A stretch of 64,000 bases of DNA from the human T2T-CHM13v2.0 reference genome, Homo sapiens. Under the pieces are notes generated by a model. That model made no database searches. It was not told the DNA's origin and saw nothing but the letters and a program-made list of their open reading frames with translations. The stretch is from NCBI RefSeq assembly GCF_009914755.1, contig NC_060927.1. The stretch is one strand, 5' to 3'. Position 1 is the stretch's first letter. Each line of letters begins with the position of its first letter. The translations under genes were made by a program, and so were the position numbers. This document shows, one piece after another, positions 63,157 through 64,000 of the stretch.

Positions 63157-64000
63157 TCAAATTTTAAATCCATTGAAATTGGGCAACAAACCCGTACCCC
63201 AGTCAGAAGGACATACCATCAATTATCTTCAAAGCTGGAATTTTTTTCTTAATTAGGAGTGTGTCTGATGGAAGTCACTTCTAGCTACATAAAGAAGGTA
63301 CAGTGTGAGGGGTCGGATGTAAAAACTGATCTATATTACAGCTTTCTTCTCCCATAATTAAAAAATTTAAACAAAGTCTTTAAATTCTATATGTCAGGCA
63401 CTTTTCTAGGTGCTGCTGGGAATAGATAGTACCAGCTCACTGAAGCTAAGCACTGGTTCCTTTTACATTATTGCTGGTTTACACTTCTTGTAGGAAGGAG
63501 AAGGTAACAAATACATTGATTTATTGAAAGGTCTTTATTACTCTTAGGCTGCCAGAGCAAGCAAGATGGAATATTTACCATCTTGGTGAAGTAATTATAC
63601 TTTAGAGTTGGCACATAGTAGGTATTTAATAAGTAGTTCCTGAATACCGAAAGCATTGCAGAAGGCATTGCAGAAGGCGAAGAGTTGGTTGTGTGGAGAT
63701 TTCTGTTAATCACTGTCTTCACGAGAAGTCCATTGTGAGAACTGGCAGATAAAAAGCTAACTGTATTCTTATTTTGCATTAAGATAAGCATGGCATCCCT
63801 AGAGTGGAATGCAGTTCACTCTGTTCTGCATTGACCTTAGAGTGTTATATTTAGTTTTAATGACCCATTTCATTGAAGATTTATTAATAAAATATCTGTT
63901 GAGAGCATGGTGAGGGGTCTAGAGATATTAATTTAAGGACTAGTTAGATGGAAGGACCTAGCGTATTTATATGAAGAATAGTAGGGCATTAATATATAAT

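Overview
Primate (almost certainly human) genomic DNA, recognisable from the encoded peptides as the 3' half of the adhesion GPCR gene ADGRG7 (GPR128) on the + strand. Six coding exons from TM1 to the stop splice together in frame. They are followed by about 14 kb of intergenic DNA and a CpG-island promoter with non-coding first exons, identified from memory as TFG; no TFG coding sequence is in the window. The introns hold a full-length GMFB processed pseudogene with a 17-bp TSD, a full-length L1PA3/4-type LINE, a nested old-L1/young-L1 complex, solo LTRs (HERV-K LTR5, MER52-like, MER61-like) and many Alus; LTR1-, MER21- and MER57-like LTRs lie in the intergenic part. I found no convincing wholly new biological system. 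The most interesting testable observations are (i) an open, extended L1 ORF0 whose two distal splice donors are in phase with the ADGRG7 terminal exon, (ii) a single-TSD composite of internally deleted L1 + half-Alu + LTR5, (iii) templated-insertion scars, and (iv) inverted Alus flanking a symmetric exon. Repeat subfamily names come from remembered consensus sequences and need RepeatMasker/Dfam confirmation.
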